From Azolla caroliniana (taxonomy: Eukaryota > Plantae > Polypodiophyta): a stretch of DNA of 64,000 nt. Of the stretch, positions 1 to 11,765 are shown piece after piece; the first letter of the stretch is position 1; every line of letters starts with the position of its first letter. The position numbers and the translations under genes were made by a program. The notes beneath the pieces are model-generated. The model ran no database searches. It worked only from the letters and a program-made list of their open reading frames with translations, and was not told the DNA's origin. The stretch spans positions 14,818,001 through 14,882,000 of the forward strand of contig JBHGNT010000014.1 in NCBI GenBank assembly GCA_043228905.1, written 5' to 3'.

Positions 1-503
1 CCGATTGGGAGAGCCAGAGGGTCTTCTTTCTTCCTATTTTGCTCTATCCGCATGCCCAACATATGTTGGGCTTCTCCGAGTTCCTTCATTGAGAATTTTT
101 CATGAAGGCTCCGTTTCAACTTCTCAATTTTTGCTCTATCGCTGCTGGTGATGAGCATGTTGTCCACGTAAAGGATCAAGTAGATATGGGATTCATCGGC
201 TAATTGTCGGATATACATACATGGGTCGGAGTCCGATCGGCAATACCCAAGTTGCTGCATGTAGGTATCGAATTTCTGATACCACATCCTAGGCGCTTGT
301 TTCGAGCCGTAAAGGCTTTTCTTCAGTTGGCAAGATATTAACAAGGAAAATGTCGCAATGATCTCAAATGGCTTCAAAATTAATTTTCAGGACTTGAATG
401 TAGACTTCTAGCAAAGAAATTGATGGTGAACTTCACCAAGCCTTAAAAAATGAGCTTTGCTCAACCTCAACCCTAAAAGCTCAAACTCAAGCTCTATACC
501 AAA
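1..503 (-). mobile_element. Ty1/copia retrotransposon remnant (reverse transcriptase fragment plus degenerate iMet PBS)
   Basis: Manual translation of 333->1 gives CQLKKSLYGSKQAPRMWYQKFDTYM...LILYVDNMLI...FSMKELGEA, i.e. copia SLYGLKQAPR and YVDD motifs, with YVDD mutated to YVDN. gctctatacca at 491-501 is the reverse complement of a TGGTATCAGAGC PBS lacking one base. Confidence 0.9.
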
Positions 504-598
504 TATTAGAGTCATGGGCTAGCTAATGATCAATGATGGATGCAAAACTAGAATCGACCCATATATGATTGATTAGAAGCAATGGGAGCATAAATATT

Positions 599-646
599 GT
601 GTGTGTGTGTGTGTGTGTGTGCGTGCGTGCGTGTGTGTGTGTGTGT
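599..646. repeat. (GT)n microsatellite
   Basis: Direct reading of the sequence. Confidence 0.95.
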
Positions 647-1232
647 AGGCACACAGAAAGTTATTGTAACACACTATTTGACAACTTTAGAAACATTGCA
701 AGAAGGTGTACATATACAACTCAGGGTTAACTTAAGTCTTCTGTTAGTTTATGTATGTGGCCCATAGATAGACATATTCGCATTCGTGGGGTTTCCCATT
801 CGAATGGAAAGGAATTTATAGCAACTAACCTTAAAAGGGTTAAATATTGTCTATGTTTTGGGACCAATAATTTACCACCATGTGAATACTAAAACATCGC
901 TGAGAGGCTCCCTTCCATTGTTCTGGGAATGAAACTAAATGCAAAGCTTCAAGAGAACAACATAATATTTATCAAACAAAGTAATCTAACATTTTATCAT
1001 TTGAAGCCTCAACTATTGCAACCATGCTTTGTGAAATGGGTCGACATTCTAAATTTTCAATAATATAAAGTGATATTTGTGGAACATTTTGATCCAACTG
1101 CTCGTCATAGGTCAACATTACACTTATTTTGCAAGCCCCACAATTTGGTAGCTATCAAAGTAAAATAAAGTCCAATAAATTTATCTGGAACTGAGTGTTG
1201 ATTGGCAAATCAAAACCATCACCCCTTTTGGA

Positions 1233-1462
1233 TGCATTCCAAACTTTAATTTTTAAGAAAATAGACTCCAATTCGTTTATCTTGTTCCGATTCACAAACC
1301 AAACAAGTAGCGGAGTTGATGTAGAATGTAATGATTTTGTAGTAAAGTGCATTCCAAACTTTAATTTTTAAGAAAATAGACTCCAATTCATTTATCTTGT
1401 TCCGATTCACAAACCAAACAAGCATCGGAGTTGATGTAGAATGTAATGATTTTGTAGTAAAG
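1233..1462. repeat. 115-bp tandem duplication
   Basis: 1233-1347 and 1348-1462 are near-identical (tgcattccaaac...tttgtagtaaag). Confidence 0.95.
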
Positions 1463-2487
1463 GTGGCAATTAATCAAATTCAATTTGAATCACATAATTT
1501 TCACATGTGGACCCTGCAATAAAAATCTTGGCCCTCCCTATCCCAGAAAAAGGAACAGAAACCTTTGTCTTTGATTTTGTGTGGGTTCTCTTCATCTATC
1601 TAGTCCCACCCATCCATCAATTTGTTTTGACTTGTGCATTGTGTTGGCCATGTGTAATGTAAGGTAAGAAAGGCGTTTCTCAATTGGTTTGGCCAGAATC
1701 ATATGAGATTTAGAGGAATGTAATGATTTTGTAGGAAATCTGACAATTACAAATAAATATGTGGGTAATGGTAGCACACCATAACTTATGGTAGTCTTAT
1801 GCTGTGAAGATAGTAATAATAATACACTACTACTAAACATGATAAGAAATGCGTAAAACACATTAAAAACCTGCTACAATTTACTATTTGTAATAAAATG
1901 AGAATTTCACATCCAGACTGAAACCATAATCTTTGTCTTCACATTTAAAGAAATTTGAATCAGTGAATACACACAACCACACTCTCTGCACGCCATAGAT
2001 ATTGATTGGGTGAAGAATAAAGCAGAGATTATTGGCTACATAGATAGCTCCATAGATTCTATTATGTAGTAGTAGTACTTCTCACACCTGATTTCGCAGG
2101 TAAATCACATAGAGCTTCTTCTTTTTATTTGCAGGTGCAAGGGAATCATTGAATGTACAAGAAATTTCCATGAATCAATTTGTTAAGACAACATTTTAAG
2201 CATTTTAAACGCAGCCATCGCAGCCGCCATCACAGCAGCCATCGCAGCCGCCATCGCAGCCATTGCAGCCGACATAGGGGGCACGAGTGCCACAGAGGAC
2301 ACGACAAATCAGACTTAGCACGATCACACCCACAATACAGAGAAAAACAAGGAGAACAGTATTCATCTTCTGGATCTATATATATATATATATATATGTA
2401 TATATAAATAATGCAGCAATTTCAGATCTTCTCCTCAAACCTCATGTATGCAGATTATATATATATAGTGCTGAATCGATTCAATCA

Positions 2488-2526
<39 letters not shown>

Positions 2527-2928
2527 GCAATTGACCCTCGAATTAAGATACCCCTCCCATTCCCACCTTCTCTGACTTTGATTTTCTATTTAAGGGTAGA
2601 TGGTGATACATTCTGACTTTGATTAATGAGCCCTCGTGTTCACATTTTTTAAAAGGCAGGATCGGGTCAACAAAGAATTTTTGTTTACTCGAATTGCGTT
2701 ATTCTATGTGTCTCGCAATTCAGAGCCTTCGATCCTGTTAAGTTTTCCCCTACCTCTCGAGATCAAAGATCCCTCCTCCTCGTAGCCTATCCATTTATCC
2801 ATTGTCATCCTTTTAGTAGCAGCTTCCCTAATTAGTAGAGCGTTAATGATTTCCGATCTCATAGTCCATCCGCCCCTAATTCCATGGAGATGTTGGCTTG
2901 ATCTTGTAGTGGCAGTGACATAAACCGT

Positions 2929-3595
2929 TGTCTTGATGTTGTACGTCTAGTGGGGGAAAAAGTGTGGATACACGCACATTACACAAATACTTTTAAAAAT
3001 GAAAATAAATCAATAATAAATAATCCTAGGGCCTAATGGCATTGAGTGTGTAAAGAGGGGTGCAAGTAAGATTTGAGCCTTGCACCTCCAAGATAGGAAG
3101 CAATTAGCTTACCACTAAAGCTACTACTAAGTGATTCAAATTTTGTATATTTTCTTATGATATTTAGTATTTCATAGGAAACAAATATACAAAAACGTAT
3201 GCACAAAACCATGGTTTTAAGCCCATGGTTTTGTGCATGACATAAGCAAAACCGTGTGCACAAAACCATGGTTTTAGCCCATGGTTTTGTGCATGTCACA
3301 AGCATGGAGAGACCTATAAAAGCCACTAGTTAGTCTTGTGTAAGGGGGGGTCAATTTGGAGATCATCACCATCATCAACAACAATAATATAATACTCTTC
3401 TTATTCTTCTTCTTGACATCTATCTTCTTCTCAAGTGTAAAATATTCGATCTTCTCAAGTTAATAGTGTTTCCTTTTCCTCGACTCCTACATACACATCG
3501 TCATCTTTTCGACAATTTTGCAAACGTCCTCCCCAGTCCGAGACCTCGGTGGTTCCGCTCAAGCGAAGCATCCACGCACACGCATATTCGCGACA
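2929..3595 (+). repeat. 5' LTR
   Basis: Direct repeat of 5949-6479; TG...CA ends; TATA cctataaaag near 3313. Confidence 0.9.
3061..3130 (-). ncRNA. tRNA-like Pol III module inside LTR U3 (antisense to the element)
   Basis: Minus strand reads TAGCTTTAGTGG (A-box-like) ... GGCTCAAATC (decayed B-box); homologous to 6089-6158 and 48497-48570. Confidence 0.55.
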
Positions 3596-3600
3596 TCTTT

Positions 3601-3618
3601 TGGTGAACCTGACGTGAA
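3601..3618 (+). other. Primer binding site complementary to tRNA-Trp
   Basis: TGGTGAACCTGACGTGAA versus the complement of the plant tRNA-Trp 3' end as recalled, TGGTGAACCCGACGTGAA (one CpG-type mismatch); 5 nt after the LTR end. Confidence 0.85.
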
Positions 3619-3756
3619 GAGCGACAAGGGAGGATGAAGATGGACGAGGAATATCTCATGGAGGCAATGTCAAAGATGATAATGGAATATTCGAGAGAAG
3701 GGAGAAGACAAGATGCGGCCCAACAAGTTGTCGAAAGCGTGGTCGAGTGAGTCAGC

Positions 3757-4236
3757 TATTTCAACGGGGGCATAGTCCAAAAAATTTTAGACACCTACAA
3801 TGCCGAGATGGATTCGAGAGGTGTGAATGAAACTATGAGGTTGGAGTACTTTTGTCGGGTGGTGGCTGAACCGATCTACAAAGAGGTAAAAGAGCTTCGA
3901 GAAGCTCATGATTCGTGGGTGACTTTCACGGAAGCTCTATTGAAGGCATATGGCTACGAGAGACCAAAGGGACGAGGTCGACGTGAGTTCGACCAGTGGG
4001 TGGCATCGGTGAAGACCCACCAAGGTGCGACACAAGCATTCCTAGACTTCGAGCGTCGTTTTTCTCAACTGTCGAAGCATGAACAAAGATTGGTGGGGGT
4101 GGATAAGGTCTTGTTGTTCGTGAAGTCGATCGATCGAAGGGAAAGGATGGCCATTGGACTCAAACTCGAAGAAGATTATGGTGCAAATGGCCTCACCCAG
4201 GATTGGAGAAAAGTGGAAAGAGTATGGCCTCATTGA
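3757..4236 (+). pseudogene. Degenerate gag-like coding region
   Basis: YFNGGIVQKFLDTYNAEMDSRGV...DSWVTFTEALLKAYG resembles a retrotransposon capsid N-terminus; lies just after the PBS; interrupted by stops and frameshifts. Confidence 0.7.
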
Positions 4237-5948
4237 TAAGAGGAAGATGAGATTCTCTTCAGCAACAACACAACCCACGAGGGATGGTGAAAGGAGGATG
4301 GGATACGACTACACACAACCACCTAAAGAAGAAAGCTTGAAGATGGAAGGTTCGACGGTACTCAACATAGAGGCCTTTGTAAAGGAGGCATATGAGAGTT
4401 TAAAGGTGCAAGTCAAGGCCAAATAGAAGCCTAGAATGGAGCCAAAACCGAGACAGTTGGTGATCGAGGAAGAGAAGACCTCCCGGGAAATGCAGACTAA
4501 TGATGCGACCAATACGAAGCCACAGGTTCATTACGACAGTACCACGGGAGAAGGTGTGAAACAAGCCACCTTCTTGACTTACGGAGGAACGATGGTCAAG
4601 AGAAAGGCCGAAGACTCGAGAGCGGGAAATGCTACTTTAAGAGTGGACGAGCATTTCGGAACACATGTTGTGTCCGAAATATCGAGTGATGAAGGTGCAA
4701 GCACGAGCAAAGCTTGCGTGATCGAGGGATGTAAAGAGTGTGAGGTCGACGTAATTGAGGCGGTAGCCACGAGGAATGACATCAAGTCGTAGATGGCTCT
4801 AGAAGAGTCCACGGCGGATGACCATGTCAAGACTTTCCCAACACTTGATCTAGAGACTTGGGCCGTTGCGTCTGAGAGGCAACATGAGACCCAAGAGACG
4901 GAAAGTGGTGGGGAAGCAAATATTGAAGACAATGCAAATAAGAACGTTGAGTGAAAGATGGCTATGGATGAGAAGAAGGTGACCGATGGTGCCGAGGTTC
5001 TCCCCACAATTGTTCTTGAGACTTCGGCAGTTGTGCCCAAGTGTCAATGTGAGACTGGAGAGGCGGAAGGTGGCGGCAGGAAATCGAAGGATCGAAACGG
5101 CGATGAGGAGGATGGCCACAGAGGAAGGGATCCCTCCACACCGGTTCCGGATACTTCGGCAGTTGTGCCCGAGAGCCAACATAAGACTGGAGAGATGTAA
5201 GGTGGCAGCGAGGAGATGAGGGTCGAAGCCGGCACATACGGATGAACGGTGGCCAACAAGGACGCCAAAAACAAAGCTACAATAGAGTTCGATGAAGAGC
5301 CAAAGAGCGGCAAGAAAGGAAGAACCGGAATACAATCCGGATGGAAGATGACGCGGTTGGTATTCCGACCCGAACGAGAGTTGATCAACCAGGCCTGACC
5401 CAACCGAAAACCGGATGGAAACTGACCCGGACGAAAGTCGATCGTCTGAGTCCGATTCGATCGAATGCAAATCCAGACAAAGGCCAACCAAGCCAAAAGC
5501 TAATTGATCGAGACCAATCCAAACAGAAGTTGAGCCGACCTAGCTGGAGGTCGAAGCAGATGAGCTGCGACACCCGATCGAGGCTGGTGAGCATAAGGAA
5601 AGGCAAGCATGAGACGAGAAATGATGATAAAAGAAAGTTAGGTGACCAAGGAGATGGCCAAGATGAAGGTGGCACATGCACAAGGCATGAAGCGTTATGC
5701 TCGGGAGGAGCAAAGGGAGCCATGACAACCAGACATGGCAATAAAAAACGTGAGCAAATGATATGGTGGATCAGATGGCAACGGTAGTTTGGGTAGAAAC
5801 AAGAGTCATGTTCGAAGTAGACAACAAAAAGATGGTACGGGCGAGGCGCAAGAAAGGAGGAAATCAAAGACCAACCACCTTTGACCCCGCCACATCACTC
5901 TTTTCTTCTTGGCACATACCGGAGGATGTGCGGTTTGGTGGGGGTGGA

Positions 5949-6479
5949 TGTTGTAATGTTGCACGTCTAGTGGGAGAAAAAGTGAAAAAGTGTGGTTCCA
6001 CGCACATTACACAAATACTTGTAAAAATGAAAATAAATCAATAATAAATAATCCTAGGGCCTAATGGCATTGAGTGCGTAAAGAGGGATGCAAGTAAGAT
6101 TTGAACCTTGCACCTCCAAGATAGGAAGCAATTAGCTTACCACTAAAGCTACTACTAAGTGATTTACATTTTGTATATTTTCTTATGATATTCAGTATTT
6201 CATAGGAAACAAATATACAAAAACATGTGCACAAAACCATGGTTTTAAGCCCATGGTTTTGTGCCTGACATAAGCAAAACCGTGTGCACAAAAACATGGT
6301 TTTAGCCCATGGTTTTGTGCATGTCACAAGCATGGAGAGACCTATAAAAGCCGCTAGTTGGTCTTGTGTAAGGGGGGGTCAATTTGGAGATCATCACCAT
6401 CATCATCAACAATAATATAATACTCTTCTTATTCTTCTTCTCAAGTGTAAAATCTTCGATCTTCTCAAGTGTAATAGTG
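5949..6479 (+). repeat. 3' LTR (truncated)
   Basis: Matches about 2929-3468 and then abruptly joins a LINE fragment. Confidence 0.9.
6089..6158 (-). ncRNA. tRNA-like Pol III module inside 3' LTR U3
   Basis: Minus strand A-box-like TAGCTTTAGTGG (6151-6140) and B-box GGTTCAAATC (6107-6098). Confidence 0.55.
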
Positions 6480-6480
6480 C

Positions 6481-7050
6481 AGGAGAAACTAGGTTTGAGA
6501 TTCATGTTTAGAATCCATCCTGTTTGGGGGGCTCAATTGACCCCTTTTCGTGGCATAAAGTAAGCGAAACGTAATCACAGTAGCATTTTCCAACAGTCAT
6601 TTCCCGGTTGGAGTTCTCGCACCACAAATTTGGCAAGTAAGACTTTTGATTGTGAGAGGGGATCAATAAGACCCAATCCCCCTCTCAACTTAGGTGTTGT
6701 GAGTATACACCACGCCACCTTGGCGCAAGTTACATGATCTTCCTTACCATACCAAATGTAGTTGTGTACCAGTCGTTGAATTTGATGTATACTTTCCTTG
6801 GAGATTGTCCAACATGATAGACTGTACCATGTTGTTGCGAGTAGTACCTGCTTTACCACTATGATGTGACCCGCTAGCGACAGTTTTTTCGAACTCCAAT
6901 GTATCAACTTTTGTCGAATGGAATGGATAACTGGTGCAATCATAGTCTTCGGCGGTATGTTGAAACCAATTTGGAAACCCAAATATTTGGTGCTCGCTCC
7001 TTGATATCTCAATAATGGTTGGGGACATTATCCATAAAAGGATATCTTTG
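6481..7050 (-). mobile_element. L1 LINE ORF2 fragment (post-RT region)
   Basis: ORF 6575-7012 contains KYLGF, WSSKKLSLAG, KVAW and PKLRGGLGLID, typical of plant L1 ORF2. Confidence 0.9.
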
Positions 7051-7337
7051 GAATGTGACTTGTGTTTCACCGACATTTGGTGAAAAATATACATTGCACC
7101 CTATTCATATGTCATTTGTCGTCCTTGATTTAAACATTTCGCTATATAGATTCAATGGATGTGAAATAAAATCAAAGTATAATGAACACAAAAAATAACG
7201 GTAATTGTTTGAATAGTTTGCCTTGGAATTCATTTTGAAAAGGGAAATTCAAGCACTTTGATGAAACGAATAAAAAATGTGTGGCTCAACACTTTGCTTC
7301 TCACATGTACCTAAGGTTAGTATTTCACTCGTGCAAC

Positions 7338-9288
7338 AACATATAAGCATAGATTCAACGTTGTATAGACATGTGGTTATTAATAGAATCTTTAGTCTAT
7401 AACGTAGTGTGAATGTAAAAGTTTAGAAATTTAGAAGGTTTGTATTATGAAGACCATGAGTAAAAGTAGACATTGCCATGAACATTTGGCCCATGATACT
7501 TTTCCCAAAATGTATGTTAGAAAACAATATGGTGAAAATAAATCTAAAATATTCTCTTACCTTCAATTAATGATGCAAGTCAATTCTTGTGGTTTAGGTT
7601 GTACAAATTCATGATTGAGCTTGGTTATTTGCTTTAGGGTGCATCTACAATCTTAACTTGTGTCACTCCATTAATAAAGCTCTTTGTCTTTTCTTGGAGT
7701 TGGTGGACAACACCTTGCAAGATATTATCTGCCATTAAATAGATGGTTTCACTTTTTATGATGAATTCAAGGTAAATTGGTATATACAATCATCATAGCA
7801 TTTCCTTTTATAGATTCAACTAGAATCAAATATCTCAATGTGTTTGTTGTGATAAACTATGGAGAACGTGGCAAAACCAATACAAAGTATTTTATTTTAC
7901 TACCAACACAATTGGATGGATGGATTGTCACTAAAACCTTGTCTATTCACATTTGTATTTAGTCAATACTTCAATGTGCAATACCCCTCAGAATTTTAAT
8001 GGGACACAGGAAGAACAAGTAAAAAATAACAATTGTTTCAATATACAACCAAAATTGGCCGAAATATCATTTAGCAACAAGGAATTCACAAACAGGCACT
8101 TGGTAGTAAATGAAGGGTGGAGGGGTTATATGACACTTGTATGCATGCCTATTAGAGAACATTGTGGGCAGAGTTGACTTTTGTCATTTTTTATTTAAAC
8201 ATGTAAGCATAGATTCAACATTGTATAGAAATGTGGTTATTAATAGAATCTTTAGTCTATGACGTAGTGTGAGTGTAAAATTTTAGACATTTAGAAGGTT
8301 TGTATTATGAAGACCATGACTCATGAGTAAAAGTAGAAATTGCCATGAACTTTTGGCCCATGATACTTTTCCTAAAATGTATGTTAGAAACAATATGGTG
8401 ACCCCTCTTTTCGGTGTAGGCCCCAAGAGCCGACTCGTACGAGGCCACATTGAAGGGCATTGCCTTGGATATAGGTAGCTTCTTACATTAAGTTAGGCCG
8501 CAAGGCAATGTAAGTGGCTCATCTTCTTTGGCTTGATCGGAGGAAGTCTCCCCGATGTGTGTATAAATCTCCTTATAGACTCTATGTAATAATCCTTCCT
8601 AACTAATGGGAAAGTAGCTTTACTTTGAAAAAAAAAAAAATATGGTGAGAATAAATCTAAAATATTCTCTTACCTTCAATTAATGATGCAAGTCAATTCT
8701 TGTTGTTTAGGTTGTACAAATTCATGATTGAGGTTGGTTATTTGCTTTACCGGTGCATCTACAATCTTAACTTGTGTCACTCCATTAAGTATTGCTCTTT
8801 GTCTTTTCTTAGAGTTGGTGGGCAATACCTTGCAAGATATTATCTGCCATTAAATAGATGGTTTCACTTTTTATGATGAATTCAAGGTAAATTGGTATAT
8901 ACGATCATCATAGCATTTCCTTTTGTAGATTCAACTAGAATCAAATATGTCAATGTGTTTGTTGTGATAAACTATGGACAACACGACATTACCAATATGA
9001 AGTATTTTATTTTGCTACCATGACAACTGGGTGGATGGATTGTCACTAAAACCTTGTCTATTCACATTTCTATTAAATCAATACTTCAATATGCAATACC
9101 CCTCAAAATGTTTATGGAACGCAAGCAAAACAGGTCAAAAAACAAACAATTGTTTCAATATACAACCAAAATTGGCTGAAATATCATTCAGCAACATGGA
9201 ATTCACAAAGAGGCACTTGGTAGTGAATGGAGGGAGGAGGGCTTAGATGACACTTGTATGCGGGCTTATTGGAGAAAGTTGTGGGCAA
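7338..9288. repeat. ~830-bp tandem duplication (7338-8170 / 8198-9288), second copy carrying an insertion
   Basis: Collinear similarity from aacatataagcatagattc to ttgtgggca; about 27-bp filler between the copies. Confidence 0.9.
8402..8638 (+). mobile_element. 5'-truncated LINE/SINE-type poly(A) insertion
   Basis: Absent from the paralogous site in copy 1; ends in poly(A); 10-bp TSD aatatggtga (8392-8401 / 8639-8648). Confidence 0.9.
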
Positions 9289-10241
9289 CTGACGTGCTTG
9301 AAATATGAAATCCTTTTTCTAGTTTATCAGCCATAAAGCCCTCCTGGTTGGTAAATGGCTAGAACAAAGAGGCAAAGCTTGTGTCTGTAAGGCTACAACT
9401 ACGATTCAAAATCAATTGAACATTGCTTGTGATCATGCATGTACACAAATATGATTTGGGAAAGAATTATACGTGTTCTGATGGCATGTGGTATGGAAGG
9501 CTTGATTTCATTTGGTTATGTTATATGGTGGTCTCTACAAAAGAATGCATGGATGTGTGGAGCGCAGGACTCCTCCTTAGCCCTCATAATGCACAGAACA
9601 CAGTGGACATGGACAATTATTGCCCAATTATTGGATGTATGCAAATTCGGGGATCACGAAATCTACAGAAAGCATGGTCAATTGGGGCATCAATCGATAT
9701 GTGGAACATTTGGATATACACTTGGGAAACACACACAATTACAAATGTCATCACAACTATATGAACTGATCTAGTGGTTTCCTTGCATGCACAATTCGAA
9801 AACCAATAGGGAGATTCAGAGTCTCAAGAGTTGGCACGAGAAAAATTTATCTCACTCTAGGAAACCACACCATTGGTGGACTTCACGTCAAGACGTCCAA
9901 AATGTTGCTTCCAACCTCCTCACTCTACCCCAATGGCCAACAAATCACCCATATTGCTTTCAATGATATCAATGTCTAGTTGTGTTTAGAAGCTTGCTAG
10001 TTGTGTCTTGATGCTTACAGTTGAAAAATAACAGGTTTTGTCAAGCAGTCGTTTGCTATTAGGTGGACAGTGATTGCCCCACCTTTTTTTATCTAAGGTG
10101 TCAAACAACGATAGTCAAATATATATGAAGGCAACCTGTAAATAGTAGAGCATCTATATATACATAAATTGTACATTGCTTGACTTGTATATGCAATTCA
10201 CCTAACTAATGGGAAGCAATTTTTTCACGGAAAAAAAAAAA
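9098..10241 (+). mobile_element. 5'-truncated L1 LINE (ORF2 C-terminal zinc-finger region plus 3' UTR)
   Basis: 15-bp TSD acttcaatatgcaat (9083-9097 / 10242-10256); poly(A); frameshifted translation LFQYTTKIG...FISHKALLVGKW...MIWERIIRVL aligns by eye with ORF 53961-55451. Confidence 0.85.
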
Positions 10242-10447
10242 ACTTCAATATGCAATGGTTTTTTGTTGATCATCTTGGTCATTCCCCCATGGTAAATAGT
10301 AGAGTATCTATATATACATAAATTGTACATTGCTTGACTTGTATATGCAATTCACCTAACTAATGGGAAGCAATTTTTTCACGGAAAAAAAAAAAAACTT
10401 CAATATGCAATGGTTTTTTGTTGATCATCTTGGTCATTCCCCCATGG
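10138..10447. repeat. 154-bp tandem duplication spanning the LINE 3' junction
   Basis: 10138-10291 and 10292-10447 are nearly identical; each contains the poly(A) tail and TSD. Confidence 0.95.
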
Positions 10448-11765
10448 TTCTCGTATCTGAAACATATATTGCTTGATTTAAAAATAATTCGTGATGTATT
10501 CATTAACCTAGATTTAATTATATCAATATGCATAAAGTTATTGCTTCATGTCTCTTCTTATGTGTTTTTTTCTCGCCAATAGTCGCCAATAGTCATTTTT
10601 TATCCTTGAAGATATTAAGTATGGAAAGTTGAAGTGTTCCCTATGTAGTCCACATGAAGTCTTCATGTTATGAGCCGAACCAGTGAATAAAGCATATAAA
10701 TTGTCAACATATCAAAGAGGTAATAATTGATAAACTCTCCATAAATATATGAAGGTTTAAATACAAAGTTCTCGACATATTACAATCATTCAAGGTTGTT
10801 GGTTTAGTGTGACAAGACATATTTGATCGAGCCATGGATTGACAAGTTTCAAGCCAATCTATAATAATGTTCTCTAATAAAAAAATATATTAAACATTAT
10901 CTTGGTCCAATTCAAGTAATTATTGAACTCATTGTTAAATATTTCTAGGGCTTTCTTGCTAAGTATGTGATGTAAATGCAAAAAAGTTACAAACCCAATA
11001 CTATTGCTACTTTTGTAAGCTCGCAACTTGTTGTATGATCTTTTGAATCCCAATATTGTGTGGGCTAGTTTACAGTGTTGAGAACTCCTTGCCATCATTG
11101 TAATGTTTGCACAAGTTGACAATGCAGATCTAGTAGCAAACCTTGATAAACAAAATCACTAACAAGATCAACAACACAATCATTATAGGTATCACATTGG
11201 TTAATGCAAAGTGATCCAAGAGTCTATTGAAATTTTTTATCATCTATGTACTAAAATAACATACACACCATGGTGAGGAATTATCACAAGTACAAAAGTG
11301 CTTGTATGGAGAAATGAGGGGTGTTATGTATACTATGAGCACTTTAATCCTATTGATGGGATGTGGTAGAAGGTCGTCAGTGTCATAGCATACAATGTGA
11401 ACCACCTCTAAACCAAGCATACTCATCAATTTCATCAACTATACAAGAAAGGAAAATATAAAACTAGGGGAGGCAAATAATTGTAAATAAACACTAAGAA
11501 CTAGTTATGAGCCCCACATCTTTATGGTATGAAGCATTGTAACCACTTATAGGTAATAACTATAGGTATTTGGTGGAATTCAAAGTGAATAAAACCATTC
11601 ACATGGTACAATGTTTTCATATAGATATTAGATAGTCATAGACGGATTACGTCTCCTAGCATAGTAGTAGCAATGTATTAACACACCTTATTTGGTGATC
11701 ATTAGAAACCAAATTGTTATAAATAAACATAAGGAATGGGTTTTAAACCTATACCTTTGTATTAT

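Larger units (their letters stand above)
2929..6479 (+). mobile_element. Non-autonomous gag-only LTR retrotransposon, tRNA-Trp primed; 3' LTR truncated
   Basis: 5' LTR 2929-3595 (TGTC...CGACA); 3' LTR 5949-6479 highly similar but lacking the U5 end; PBS at 3601-3618; G-rich PPT ggtgggggtgga just before 5949; degenerate gag-like ORF; no RT, RNase H or integrase motifs seen. Confidence 0.9.

Noticed and set aside
2181-2928. Possible additional LTR (tgttaag start, cagcc repeats, (TA)n) hosting the 2929 element
   Set aside because: No partner LTR, PBS or TSD could be identified.
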